Shown: positions 28,540 through 38,336 of the stretch, piece after piece | How the letters are laid out: each line of letters starts with the position of its first letter | Position numbering within the stretch: the first letter of the stretch is position 1 | Program-made: the position numbers and the translations under genes | IMG/VR virus record: IMGVR_UViG_3300027963_000034 | Coordinates: 32,001 to 96,000 of that record | Direction: 5' to 3' (one strand) | From: a virus | Lineage: Duplodnaviria; Heunggongvirae; Uroviricota; Caudoviricetes | DNA length: 64,000 bases | Notes under the pieces: model-generated | Seen by the model: the letters and a program-made list of their open reading frames with translations, nothing else | Database searches by the model: none | What the model was told of the DNA's origin: nothing

Positions 28540-31095
28540 TTAAAAACTAAAAAACTTTTTTGCAGTTTGAGCTTCAGTTGATGCTTTTTCCCATTTTAAT
28601 GCGGTATAAAAATCATCTAACTTATTTTCTAATTCTGCTTTAAATATCATATCTCTATCAATATATTTTTCAATAAAATCCATAATCTCATTAGGGTCAT
28701 TATAATCTTTAAAAGCCAACCCTTCTAATCCTAATGGGTTATTTCTTAAATATACCCACTTAACTTTATCACCATCTCTAATTGGTTCATTCTTAAATGG
28801 ACAATTAAAGAATTTTAATAATCGGTTATATGCAATTCCGGCTTTAACATGGGCAGGTGTTCCTTTCTCAAATAACCCAACAGGCTTACCTCTTTCCCAT
28901 TTACCATTATCATACTTACTTAATTCTTTGATTGCTCCACTCTTTGCTATTTTGTTTACAGGCAAAGTAATCATACTCTTTTTGAACTCTAATAATTTTG
29001 TATCAACATATTCATTATCTTTACCCATAAGAATATCTTTCAACATACCACTCATATAATCTTGGAATGCTTTGGGAAATGATGAACGAACTACATCTAA
29101 ACCTTTAACATCTAACTTATCACATTTGATGCCATTCTTTAATACCATCCATTGTGCATATCTTTTCTTTGCTACCCAAAATCCCGCTTTACTGATATAT
29201 TCCTTTTTGATTTCAAATCTATGTTTTTCTTTTGGTATAAAAAAGAATCTTTCAGCAAGTATATCATAAAATTTATTTAAAAAAGATTGAGTTTCTTCTG
29301 CTATTATATTAACTTCCTGTGCCATTCTTTCTTCATCAAATTCTTTATATTCTGGGTATCTATGCTTTACCAATGGTTCTGCCATCATATAAATTGAATC
29401 AGTGTCAATATACACATTGTAATCTTCTTTTGTATTTAATTCTTTCCAATATTTTATATTAGCCATTTCAGCCGTTTTTTTAATAACCGTCTGACCGGTA
29501 ATAGTAACTGCTTCGGCGTTATCTATATCATAAAAACGAAATGCCGGTAAACCTAACACACCATACATTGAGTTCAATAGAATTTTTTGTACCAATTGTC
29601 TTTTTGCGTAAAAATCATATTTTTCAGTATCACCTGCTTCTCCGTATTTTTTTTCTAACTTACGGAATTCAACTCTTTGTTTAAACCATGTATCTAAAAT
29701 ATCTGCAATCAATCCGGGTTTGTCTTGTGTATAAAGAACTCCGTTTGCAGCTACACCCAAATTACTATCTTTAATAACTTCTTTTAGTTCCTGAGTCGTA
29801 TATTCGTATTTATCACCATCCTTGCCAATTAACTTATAAGTTGTATCTAATCCTTTGATGTTTGCCTCTGCGTCCCAATTTTCAATCTTACCAACCTTTG
29901 TTTCAGGTGAGATGTTTAGAGTCATAATAATTGATGGATATAGTGATGTTAAATCCAAATCATAAATCCAATCATACTTTCCAACAATCGGTTCTTTTAC
30001 ATATGCACCGATAAACTTCTCCTGGTCGTTATCTCTCAATGCTTGCATTCTTTCTTTTCTATCCTTTGGTTTATTTGGGGCTACTAATCCTTTTTTCTTG
30101 AGATATGCTAAACAAGCTCCTTCTAAATATTTTGAAGAGTATATATAATCCTCGTATGGTACAAATCCGGCGTGACAAATCGCTCTACACAAATCTACGA
30201 ATTGAAGTTTTTCATCCATTGCTACAACTAAGTCTACATCGACAATATTATATTCAATAAACTTTTCTAAGTCATTTTCAAACAAATCATCCAAACTTCC
30301 TTCATACTCAATCTTACCTCTACCCAATTCTTTTGTTGCGATGTGGTTCAATGTATATGAACTTTCTAAACCATAATTATAGTTTTTATATAAGTTGATA
30401 TAATCTAAAATAGATACACCACCAAAACTCCATTTATTTCTATAAGGTGAATAAAAGGTTTGACCTATTGGAGATAATCTTTTTGCATGACCTTCGCCAC
30501 ATACATTTTTGATACGATTGTAAAGATATGGGATATCAAAGAAATCTATATTCCATCCTGTAAGAATAGACGGGTTAATTTCTTCGTAATAGTTAAGAAA
30601 TGCAAGTAATAAATTTTTCTCGTTATCGTAAATGTGAACAGCAACTTCTCTCCCATCTTTACTAAATGTTTTTCCATTATTTTTAATTTTTTTAGTTTTA
30701 TCTAAAACAAATACATCAAATAATTTTGTAGCCCCATCGTGAGATGCGATGGCTGTTATTTCATTTTCTGCTTTTTCGGTACTTGGTAGTCCTGATATCA
30801 TTTCTACCTCAATATCAAAAGTCATTACTCTATGACCTGTTGATGGTAAATCCGAATCATACATATCAACTAATACTCTCGTTGTTTCAGGAACATCAGA
30901 TTCAAATAAATCTTCTGCGTCATCTTTTTCCCATTTACTAATTCTAGTTAAACGGTCACCATTCATTGAAAGGTGTTGACCCGATTGGTCTTTCTTATAC
31001 GCATACTTTCGGTATGGTAATGTAAAATATCCCTTCGTGTCGTCCCATAAATGAATTAAATTCTTCTGCCTCTCGTAAAATATATTTTGATACAT
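28540..31095 (-). CDS. Family B DNA polymerase (gp43-like)
   Basis: FDIE (ExoI), GWN..FD, DLTSLYPS, KILLNSMYG, YIDTDS, KKRY. Confidence 0.98.
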   Translation of the reverse strand: MYQNIFYERQKNLIHLWDDTKGYFTLPYRKYAYKKDQSGQHLSMNGDRLTRISKWEKDDAEDLFESDVPETTRVLVDMYDSDLPSTGHRVMTFDIEVEMISGLPSTEKAENEITAIASHDGATKLFDVFVLDKTKKIKNNGKTFSKDGREVAVHIYDNEKNLLLAFLNYYEEINPSILTGWNIDFFDIPYLYNRIKNVCGEGHAKRLSPIGQTFYSPYRNKWSFGGVSILDYINLYKNYNYGLESSYTLNHIATKELGRGKIEYEGSLDDLFENDLEKFIEYNIVDVDLVVAMDEKLQFVDLCRAICHAGFVPYEDYIYSSKYLEGACLAYLKKKGLVAPNKPKDRKERMQALRDNDQEKFIGAYVKEPIVGKYDWIYDLDLTSLYPSIIMTLNISPETKVGKIENWDAEANIKGLDTTYKLIGKDGDKYEYTTQELKEVIKDSNLGVAANGVLYTQDKPGLIADILDTWFKQRVEFRKLEKKYGEAGDTEKYDFYAKRQLVQKILLNSMYGVLGLPAFRFYDIDNAEAVTITGQTVIKKTAEMANIKYWKELNTKEDYNVYIDTDSIYMMAEPLVKHRYPEYKEFDEERMAQEVNIIAEETQSFLNKFYDILAERFFFIPKEKHRFEIKKEYISKAGFWVAKKRYAQWMVLKNGIKCDKLDVKGLDVVRSSFPKAFQDYMSGMLKDILMGKDNEYVDTKLLEFKKSMITLPVNKIAKSGAIKELSKYDNGKWERGKPVGLFEKGTPAHVKAGIAYNRLLKFFNCPFKNEPIRDGDKVKWVYLRNNPLGLEGLAFKDYNDPNEIMDFIEKYIDRDMIFKAELENKLDDFYTALKWEKASTEAQTAKKFFSF

Positions 31096-31103
31096 ACATT
31101 GTT

Positions 31104-32675
31104 TTATGGTTTATAAAATATAAAGATTGGTTCGTATTTATACGATTGCCCTTCTATCTTCATACTATTCTTTGCTTTTGATAAATCCATCCCCGTCATT
31201 GGACTCATTGTCATTCTTAATTTTCCTTTATATTCACATCCTAATTCAGTTAGGATATCGATACTATCTTGCTCCAAAGTAAAAAATTTATCAGGTCCTA
31301 CTTTTATATCAGCAATATTCCAGCAAATGTATCTATCATTTTTAAGATATTCAAATGCGGTTGTTAGAGTAGGTCTTAAAAAGCCATCTCTCCAACTTTC
31401 ATATGAATTAAATTTCTTAAAAGATTGCGTTTCATCATCCGAATATCTTTCTCTATCAAAATATGGTGGTGAAGTAAATACAAAATCTAATTTACCTTTA
31501 TACTTTTGGAATCTTTCATCTAAATGAATAATTTCCGAACCTGTTGTAAAAATTTCATAACTATTTGCATGTCCCCAAAATGGGTTTGATGCTCCAGGTA
31601 CTTTATTATTAAAAAATTCTGCAAGATATTCGTATCTAGTTTTACCAATTTCAGGTATTTGATTTTCTGTATTAGGGTCATTTCCTATGTAATGTATATT
31701 CCTATCATCGACACTTAATGCACCTAAAATTCTCCCACCCCATCCAGCCGATGGGTCGTAAATATTAATCTGCTTTTGGTCTTTAATATGATTTGTAAAT
31801 CTTTGATAAAGATATTTTGCAGTTAATGGTGGAAAATTTACTGCTGCTTGCGTTCCCATACCAATACGGAATGCCGCAGTAGCTTCAGGAAATATAGTTT
31901 GTCCTAATGGGTAGATTTTAATTTGAATTGGTTGTTTTGTAATCTCATATAAATTATCAATATTTTCACCCCAATCTGCGGTTTTAAGTGACGATATATT
32001 TTCATATTTTAATATTCCCGCTTTATAAAGGTCTTTAACTTCTTGCGCGGTTATTGGTGGTGAAGGAACTTTACTATCAGCCTGTGATAAACAAAATGAA
32101 TGTCCTTCCAAATTATCACCTTCTACCCACTTTTCAATCCACTCTTTACCACTTTGTATATGTGAATTATGAAATTCAGGATTACCCAAATGTAATGTTT
32201 TAGAAAAACGATACATACCATCTTGCCTAGTTAACCTATTCATTTGTTTGATAAATTCGGGAAGATACGCATCATTCGAAAACACATCGTAAATAGATGG
32301 TTTTGGTTTATCGTAAGTAGAACCACCGATTCCTGTTTTATACATTGCAGGAAAGAATTGATTTACAGGAGTAGCAAATTTATTAAAGTTAAAGATGACT
32401 TCATTTCCTTCGTCATCTTTTTCTTCAAATTCATTTACCTTATAAGTTTGCAGTCTAGAAAATTGTTCAATCATTTCACTTTCATCAACCCCAATTCTTG
32501 GAGGTGCTCCGGTTTCATTCCATTTTCTAACTGCTAATTCACGAAAGAATGCCACCCACTCTCCAAACTTTGGAAATGGCATTTTAAGAACATCCTCGTA
32601 TTTTAAGTTTACTTCTGGAGAGTAAATCCAATCGTTCTTTTCGTAAAAATATTTTTTAGGATAATTAAAACTCAT
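31104..32675 (-). CDS. SAM-dependent DNA amino-methyltransferase-like protein 1
   Basis: Motif I YDPSAGWGGR, motif IV FTSPPYF, NIAD, EPIF. Confidence 0.8.
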   Translation of the reverse strand: MSFNYPKKYFYEKNDWIYSPEVNLKYEDVLKMPFPKFGEWVAFFRELAVRKWNETGAPPRIGVDESEMIEQFSRLQTYKVNEFEEKDDEGNEVIFNFNKFATPVNQFFPAMYKTGIGGSTYDKPKPSIYDVFSNDAYLPEFIKQMNRLTRQDGMYRFSKTLHLGNPEFHNSHIQSGKEWIEKWVEGDNLEGHSFCLSQADSKVPSPPITAQEVKDLYKAGILKYENISSLKTADWGENIDNLYEITKQPIQIKIYPLGQTIFPEATAAFRIGMGTQAAVNFPPLTAKYLYQRFTNHIKDQKQINIYDPSAGWGGRILGALSVDDRNIHYIGNDPNTENQIPEIGKTRYEYLAEFFNNKVPGASNPFWGHANSYEIFTTGSEIIHLDERFQKYKGKLDFVFTSPPYFDRERYSDDETQSFKKFNSYESWRDGFLRPTLTTAFEYLKNDRYICWNIADIKVGPDKFFTLEQDSIDILTELGCEYKGKLRMTMSPMTGMDLSKAKNSMKIEGQSYKYEPIFIFYKP

Positions 32676-33394
32676 TATGCAGTTAATTGTACTTCAACTA
32701 AATAATATTTTGCAGTAAAGTCATCAATTTTAAATTCAACGTGGGCTAGGCCAGATGTTGAAACTTTCAATACAACCGATGTTGCTTCTTTATTTGCTGT
32801 TAAAATTTCTTTTAAGTATTTTGCTGAAAAAGAAATTGGTTTAATTTCGTTTGTAAAACTCTTATCAACTGAAAATACAATTCTATTTGAGTTTACATTT
32901 GAATAACCTAATACAATTTTTAATTCACCATTCTCGGTTAAGACAGTAAATGTATCAACTTCGCTTAATGCGTTTTTAGCTTTGATGAACTTTTCAATAA
33001 ACTTACCATCAAATCCAATGTTTACATCGAAATCAGGAAGTTTTTTCAAATCCGGAACCGAAGGGATTACTGCTAAATCCGCTAATTGAAATTGTAATTT
33101 AGTGTCATCACTTTTAATTACTAAATTAACCGATTTGCCATCAATTTGTTGAGTTTCTAATTCAATATCATCACCGGCTACCGATAATAACTTTGATAAC
33201 GCAGATGTGGTATACACACCCAATTCTGGAGATGTAAATGTGAAATTATCTAATTCAATTTCACCTAAAACTGTCTTATCATCAGAGATAAAACGAGTTA
33301 TTAATTTGTTATCACCTGCTTTCCAAGCAACTGATTCTACTAATCCTGCCAAACTATACTTTTGGATGAATCGTGTAACTTTTGTTTTGTTCAT
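32675..33394 (-). CDS. Sliding clamp (gp45/PCNA-like)
   Basis: 239 aa beta-rich protein, ISFSAKYLKEIL, G...V.F......YYL terminus; position upstream of polB. Confidence 0.8.
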   Translation of the reverse strand: MNKTKVTRFIQKYSLAGLVESVAWKAGDNKLITRFISDDKTVLGEIELDNFTFTSPELGVYTTSALSKLLSVAGDDIELETQQIDGKSVNLVIKSDDTKLQFQLADLAVIPSVPDLKKLPDFDVNIGFDGKFIEKFIKAKNALSEVDTFTVLTENGELKIVLGYSNVNSNRIVFSVDKSFTNEIKPISFSAKYLKEILTANKEATSVVLKVSTSGLAHVEFKIDDFTAKYYLVEVQLTA

Positions 33395-33422
33395 ATTTTT
33401 TTGTTTTAAATTTTATGTTTGT

Positions 33423-33454
33423 TAAATATACTACTTTTTTTTTATAATACCAAA
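33423..33454 (-). promoter_or_regulatory. Bacteroidota-type promoter upstream of clamp/MTase/polB
   Basis: TTTG-N20-TATATTTA. Confidence 0.65.
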
Positions 33455-34672
33455 TTATATTTTTTTCCAAATCCAAATGGGTTCACCAAATGCATTATTT
33501 TTATTGAGTTCTGTTTTTTCTTTAAGTTCTTCTGCAAAATATTCAGATTTAGCATTTCCTGCACCGCCGGAATTAAACCTTTTTGTCATTTCCATTCCAA
33601 TACAACCCATATATTCTAATCCCTCTGATTTAATAAAGTCATTCATAGCATTTACAATATCAACATACCCCTTATCTGGTGCTGAAAATACATCTGCAAT
33701 ATTAACGGCTAATAACCCACCCTTCTTTAAGGTAGGGATTATTTTTTTAATTGTTTTATGTAGGAAATTAGTATTCCAGTCATCTATCTTTTTATAGCGT
33801 AAATAACTTTGAGTATCATGTGTGGAATACTTTTCAGTATTGAAGTATGGAGGTGAAGTGAAGATTGTATCAAAAAAGTTTTCATATTTGGAATAATCCA
33901 CATCTTCTGCCGGTAACTTTATTAGTTCCACAGTTTTAGGATTTTCAAAAAATGTTTTGTGTTTCTGATAAAATTCTATTTGGTTTTCATAATTTGGGTG
34001 ATTATCTAAATTAGGGTCAATGCCCACATAATGTTTACCCGTTTCACTTGCAAAGAACCCACATAACCTATCACCCCAACCTGCGGAAAAATCTAATACA
34101 TTCTCACTCTGAAATCTGTCATAAAATGCTTTAGCGATTACAGGTTTAAATTGGGATGCTACATACTTTCTTAATGTAGTAGCCATCTTTAGTGTTTCCT
34201 TATTTACATCAGTTAGGACTTGTTCCAATGTGAAGAATGCCCGAACTATGGTTTTTATACCATTAACTGTCTGCCATGTCTTCCAACCTGATGGTGTTCT
34301 TGACCAATCTACCTTCCATCGATTTTCTATGTGGAATGGATTAGATGCGTTATTACCAACATTCGTTCTTTTAAAATAGTAATTACTACTATCAAATGTA
34401 AGTGGATATGTAGATTCCCTTTCATTACGCGGAAACCATTCTCCTTCCACTAAAATATCCGGCCACCAAGTACCCTTTAACTTTTTATATGCATCAATAG
34501 TTTCTTGTTCTGTAATAATAGGAATAGGTGGTGGATAAGTATGTAATACTTCTGATAATGTTTCTACTATCTCTTCCTTTTCAAATGTATTTAGTATATG
34601 TTTCCACTCCTCCTTATCAATATTGATATAGGGGGTCATTCCATAAAACTTTTTGAAATATTCTTTTATCAT
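33455..34672 (-). CDS. DNA amino-methyltransferase-like protein 2
   Basis: SQFKP..AK, LDFSAGWGDR, GIDP, TSPPYF, NIAD, EPIW; start moved to ATG 34672. Confidence 0.8.
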   Translation of the reverse strand: MIKEYFKKFYGMTPYINIDKEEWKHILNTFEKEEIVETLSEVLHTYPPPIPIITEQETIDAYKKLKGTWWPDILVEGEWFPRNERESTYPLTFDSSNYYFKRTNVGNNASNPFHIENRWKVDWSRTPSGWKTWQTVNGIKTIVRAFFTLEQVLTDVNKETLKMATTLRKYVASQFKPVIAKAFYDRFQSENVLDFSAGWGDRLCGFFASETGKHYVGIDPNLDNHPNYENQIEFYQKHKTFFENPKTVELIKLPAEDVDYSKYENFFDTIFTSPPYFNTEKYSTHDTQSYLRYKKIDDWNTNFLHKTIKKIIPTLKKGGLLAVNIADVFSAPDKGYVDIVNAMNDFIKSEGLEYMGCIGMEMTKRFNSGGAGNAKSEYFAEELKEKTELNKNNAFGEPIWIWKKI

Positions 34673-34676
34673 TAAA

Positions 34677-35906
34677 TTATATTTTTCTCCAAATCCAAAC
34701 CGGTTCACAAAATGTTTTATCTGCAGCTTCTCTTGCTTTTTCTAAAGCCTCTTCGGTATATCTTCCTTCATCACCTTCTATTATTGAGGCAGCTCCTGCA
34801 CTACCAGGTCTTTTGGCCATTTCCATACCCAAACATCCTTCATATTCAGCGCCTAATGTTGAAATAAAATCATTCATTGGGTTACATATTTCTTTATATC
34901 CCTTACCATCTCCTTGTGAACTAGCGTATACATCTGCTATATTAATGGCTAGATATCCTCCTTTCTTGATTGTTGGCCAAACATTTGAAATTGCTTTATG
35001 TAAAAATAATTTATTCCAATCATCTATATTTTTATATCTTACCCAACTTTGAGTATCATCATATGAGTATCGTTCTACATTAAAATATGGAGGTGAACTG
35101 AATACAATATCAAAATGCTCATTATACATTGATAAATCGGCATCTTCCGCCGGTGATTCTATAAAATCAGCTTTCTTTTCAGTTTCAAAAAATCCATTAT
35201 GTTTTGTATAAAACTCAGCCTGTTGTTTATAAATTGGATGATTTTCTTTTCTAGGGTCTATCCCAACATAGTGTTTGCCCTTTTCACTGGCAAAAAACCC
35301 ACACATCCTATCTCCCCAACCTGCCGATATGTCTAATACATTTTCACATTCTAAATAATCATATAAAGCTTTCGCAACATTAGGTTTAAATTGAGAACAT
35401 ATATACTTTCTCAAACTTAAACATACTCTCAAAGCTGCTTTATCTATTTTATCAAATTTAAGAGTATATAATCCACCCATTAAAGTTGTCATGAATTCTT
35501 TACTTTCCCAAGTTCTTTTAGGACCTGGAGAAACTGTCCCATCAACACTCCAACGATTTGCTTGTTGAAAAAAATTAGATGCTTCATTTCCAGTATTTAA
35601 TCTTCTAACATATTGTTGTTTACCTCTAAATGATAGAGGATAATTACTTTCTGATGCTTTTCTTGGAAACCATTCACCTTCGGTAAATAATTCATGCCAT
35701 CTCGTTCCTTTTAATTTAAGATATTCTTTTCTGGCTTCATCCTCGGTTATTTCAGCATATGGTAAAGAATATTCCATACAAACATCAGATAGTGAATCTT
35801 TTACATCTTCCCTATTAAATGTTTCTTTTATATATGACCACTCACTCTCATTTATATGAAGGTATGGTGTCATATTTTTAAATTTATCAAAATATTCTAA
35901 ATACAT
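34677..35906 (-). CDS. DNA amino-methyltransferase-like protein 3 (tandem paralogue of protein 2)
   Basis: SQFKP..AK, LDISAGWGDR, GIDP, SSPPYF, NIAD, EPVW. Confidence 0.8.
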   Translation of the reverse strand: MYLEYFDKFKNMTPYLHINESEWSYIKETFNREDVKDSLSDVCMEYSLPYAEITEDEARKEYLKLKGTRWHELFTEGEWFPRKASESNYPLSFRGKQQYVRRLNTGNEASNFFQQANRWSVDGTVSPGPKRTWESKEFMTTLMGGLYTLKFDKIDKAALRVCLSLRKYICSQFKPNVAKALYDYLECENVLDISAGWGDRMCGFFASEKGKHYVGIDPRKENHPIYKQQAEFYTKHNGFFETEKKADFIESPAEDADLSMYNEHFDIVFSSPPYFNVERYSYDDTQSWVRYKNIDDWNKLFLHKAISNVWPTIKKGGYLAINIADVYASSQGDGKGYKEICNPMNDFISTLGAEYEGCLGMEMAKRPGSAGAASIIEGDEGRYTEEALEKAREAADKTFCEPVWIWRKI

Positions 35907-36418
35907 ACTGTCTCAATATTTTTATCAGCAACCAATCTTAATCTAAAAACTATTCCAGGAATAACTCCATCTTTTTTACTTGTCCAAAATATATCAGAAT
36001 CTTTTACAAATCCATTTCTATAATAGAAATTAACTGCTTTATCATTATACTTCCTAACCGTCAAAAACAAATTTTCTGCATGTTGTGATTTACAATATTG
36101 TATAAAATCATTTAAAACTATTTTAGCGTTTCCATTGTGTTGGTCTATATTCGCAATTTGATGCAATATATAATCTCCTTTCTTTTTATAAGTAGTAGCG
36201 TTTCTACTCATTTTACCATTACTACCATATCTACCAAAGGTAACCACAACACCATCTTGTAGTATTAATCCACCTTTTTCAATATATTTTTCCAGCTTAA
36301 AACTTTGTTTATACAAGTGTGGAAATATTTCTGGATACAAATCAATAATTGTAGAGGCTTGATTTAATGCCTCTATCATTTCAGTTGTACCTTTTTCTGC
36401 TTTTATAAAATTAAGCAT
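35897..36418 (-). CDS. GNAT-family acyltransferase
   Basis: LHQIA....NGNA and LTVR..N.KA..FY.RNGF motifs; start moved to ATG 36418. Confidence 0.8.
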   Translation of the reverse strand: MLNFIKAEKGTTEMIEALNQASTIIDLYPEIFPHLYKQSFKLEKYIEKGGLILQDGVVVTFGRYGSNGKMSRNATTYKKKGDYILHQIANIDQHNGNAKIVLNDFIQYCKSQHAENLFLTVRKYNDKAVNFYYRNGFVKDSDIFWTSKKDGVIPGIVFRLRLVADKNIETVCI

Positions 36419-37868
36419 ATTCAAAAAATTTATTTAAGTTTAATTTGTCTTTATACAAATATAAGGAATTTAATTGAGATTTCAAAATATCTTTTCTAGC
36501 TTCCATCATATCACCAGTTCTTGCACCTTTTGCAAAAAATACTTTTGGTCTATATAATAATTCATCGGAAATCTCACCTTTGAATGCTGCTCTTAATAAT
36601 GGTTTCATATGACCATTTTCTTTCTGATATAAAGGTGGAATGTTTAAAGTATATTCTACAAATGGTCTCCAACTATATGGTGTACGAACCTCAACAGTCC
36701 CACCCCACATGATAGATTGATTTGTAGTTAAGAAATTTGTTTTATGAACATCTTCTACTAATTTTCTTCTAGCTTTATCATAATCTTCCGGTCTCCAATG
36801 GAACGCTTGAATATGTCCGTAACTTCCCCAAATTTCATCGGATAAATCACCGCTAAATACAACTTTGAATCCTAATTCATTTATTTTTTTACCCAATGCA
36901 ATTTGAGCTATAGCAGAACCTACATTTTGCCAACGAGATTGTTCAATAACATAAAGAGTTTCATCAATCGAATCTAATACATCTTGTTCGGTTAGTATAA
37001 TTTCATGCAATTTTACACCGAATTCTTTTGCAGCAATTCTGGCGTATTTAATGTCGTCGTTCTTTGTATCACCATCTCCCATTGAAACCACAAATGCTTC
37101 AATATTAGGGTTTATTTTTGAAAGTATATAAGTTGTTATCACCGAATCAATACCCCCACTTAAAATGGTGCAAATTGGGACATCAGATATCATTTTAACT
37201 TTAACCGCTTCCTCTAATAATTTTCTTATATTCTTAACAATAGTGTCTCTATCATCATTTATAATTTCATTTGGAAGTTTATAATAAGTTTTAATTGAAT
37301 GTTCTAATGTTTTATAATTGTATTCTATATAAGTTCCAGGATAAACTGCTTTAACTTGTTTTTCATACAATTCCGATATTGGTAATCCTTTCTTTTCCGA
37401 ACAAAACACCAATTTACCAGTATTATCAATTGCATACCATAATGGTAATTCTCCAACATAATCTCTAACAACAAATACTTTATTAATCTTACTATCAACT
37501 ATACAAAATGAAAACATACCATCCAATAGTTCAAATGATTTAGTTCCCAATTCACAATACGCATTTAATATAATTTCCGTATCTGATTTTGTTATAAATT
37601 TTGTTTTTAGTGATTTTTTTAATTCAGTTGTTTCGGTACTATCCCAAAGTTCACCATTATAAACAATACAAACGGTTTTATCTTCGTTCCACATTGGTTG
37701 ATTTGCAGCCGAAGATAAGTCCTGTATTGATAATCTATTATGTCCAACAAAGACACTATCTATTTCATCTACAATAGAAGCATCTCTACCTCTATGAATT
37801 ATTTTATTTAATTGGGTATGGGTTTGCTCAAAAGAAGTAAACCAATTACCACCTATTATTCCACACAT
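36411..37868 (-). CDS. Asparagine synthetase B-like glutamine amidotransferase/ATP-dependent amide ligase
   Basis: Ntn Cys2 (MCGI), HRG.D, RLSI.D, NGE, SDTE; SGGIDS PP-loop; variant SGDLSDE; EVR.P. Confidence 0.9.
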   Translation of the reverse strand: MCGIIGGNWFTSFEQTHTQLNKIIHRGRDASIVDEIDSVFVGHNRLSIQDLSSAANQPMWNEDKTVCIVYNGELWDSTETTELKKSLKTKFITKSDTEIILNAYCELGTKSFELLDGMFSFCIVDSKINKVFVVRDYVGELPLWYAIDNTGKLVFCSEKKGLPISELYEKQVKAVYPGTYIEYNYKTLEHSIKTYYKLPNEIINDDRDTIVKNIRKLLEEAVKVKMISDVPICTILSGGIDSVITTYILSKINPNIEAFVVSMGDGDTKNDDIKYARIAAKEFGVKLHEIILTEQDVLDSIDETLYVIEQSRWQNVGSAIAQIALGKKINELGFKVVFSGDLSDEIWGSYGHIQAFHWRPEDYDKARRKLVEDVHKTNFLTTNQSIMWGGTVEVRTPYSWRPFVEYTLNIPPLYQKENGHMKPLLRAAFKGEISDELLYRPKVFFAKGARTGDMMEARKDILKSQLNSLYLYKDKLNLNKFFEYA

Positions 37869-37872
37869 ATAA

Positions 37873-37904
37873 CTAATTTACGAAAAATAATTGGATTTAC
37901 CAAC
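37873..37904 (-). promoter_or_regulatory. Bacteroidota-type promoter of the asnB-like operon
   Basis: GTTG-N20-TAAATTAG, 4 nt before the ATG. Confidence 0.55.
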
Positions 37905-38167
37905 TATTTAATTGCTTCATTTATCGCATTTACATACGCTATTTTAGATGAAAGACCACTAAATCTTTGTAACTCAATTCCATTTTTTTCAATTATCACA
38001 GTCGGTACTGAACGAACTCCGTATTGTTCCGTTACTTCACTATACTCATCAATATCGTATTCTTCAAATTTTACATTTGAAAAATTACCTTTAATTTCAT
38101 TCATTACCGGTGCTAATGCTCTACAAGGACCACACCATACTGCGCTAAACTTTTTGACTGTTACCAT
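37904..38167 (-). CDS. trxA: Thioredoxin
   Basis: WCGPC, VRSVPT. Confidence 0.93.
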   Translation of the reverse strand: MVTVKKFSAVWCGPCRALAPVMNEIKGNFSNVKFEEYDIDEYSEVTEQYGVRSVPTVIIEKNGIELQRFSGLSSKIAYVNAINEAIK

Positions 38168-38336
38168 TTTCTTTTTGTTTTATATTTTTATTTTCTTTTA
38201 TATGTTTTGGTTCATAAGGACAATGACGGCACTTATTACCACAACAATAACCTCTTGCCATATGATACTCTGGTGTAAATACCACTTTACCATTTTCCAA
38301 ATAGTATAATGTTTCATCTTTATTATTTAACTTCAC
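38145..38336 (-). CDS. Small Cys-rich protein (DUF5522-like); start uncertain
   Basis: YY.ENG.VVFT..YH..RGYCCGNKCRHCPY. Confidence 0.7.
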   Translation of the reverse strand: MKLNNKDETLYYLENGKVVFTPEYHMARGYCCGNKCRHCPYEPKHIKENKNIKQKENGNSQKV

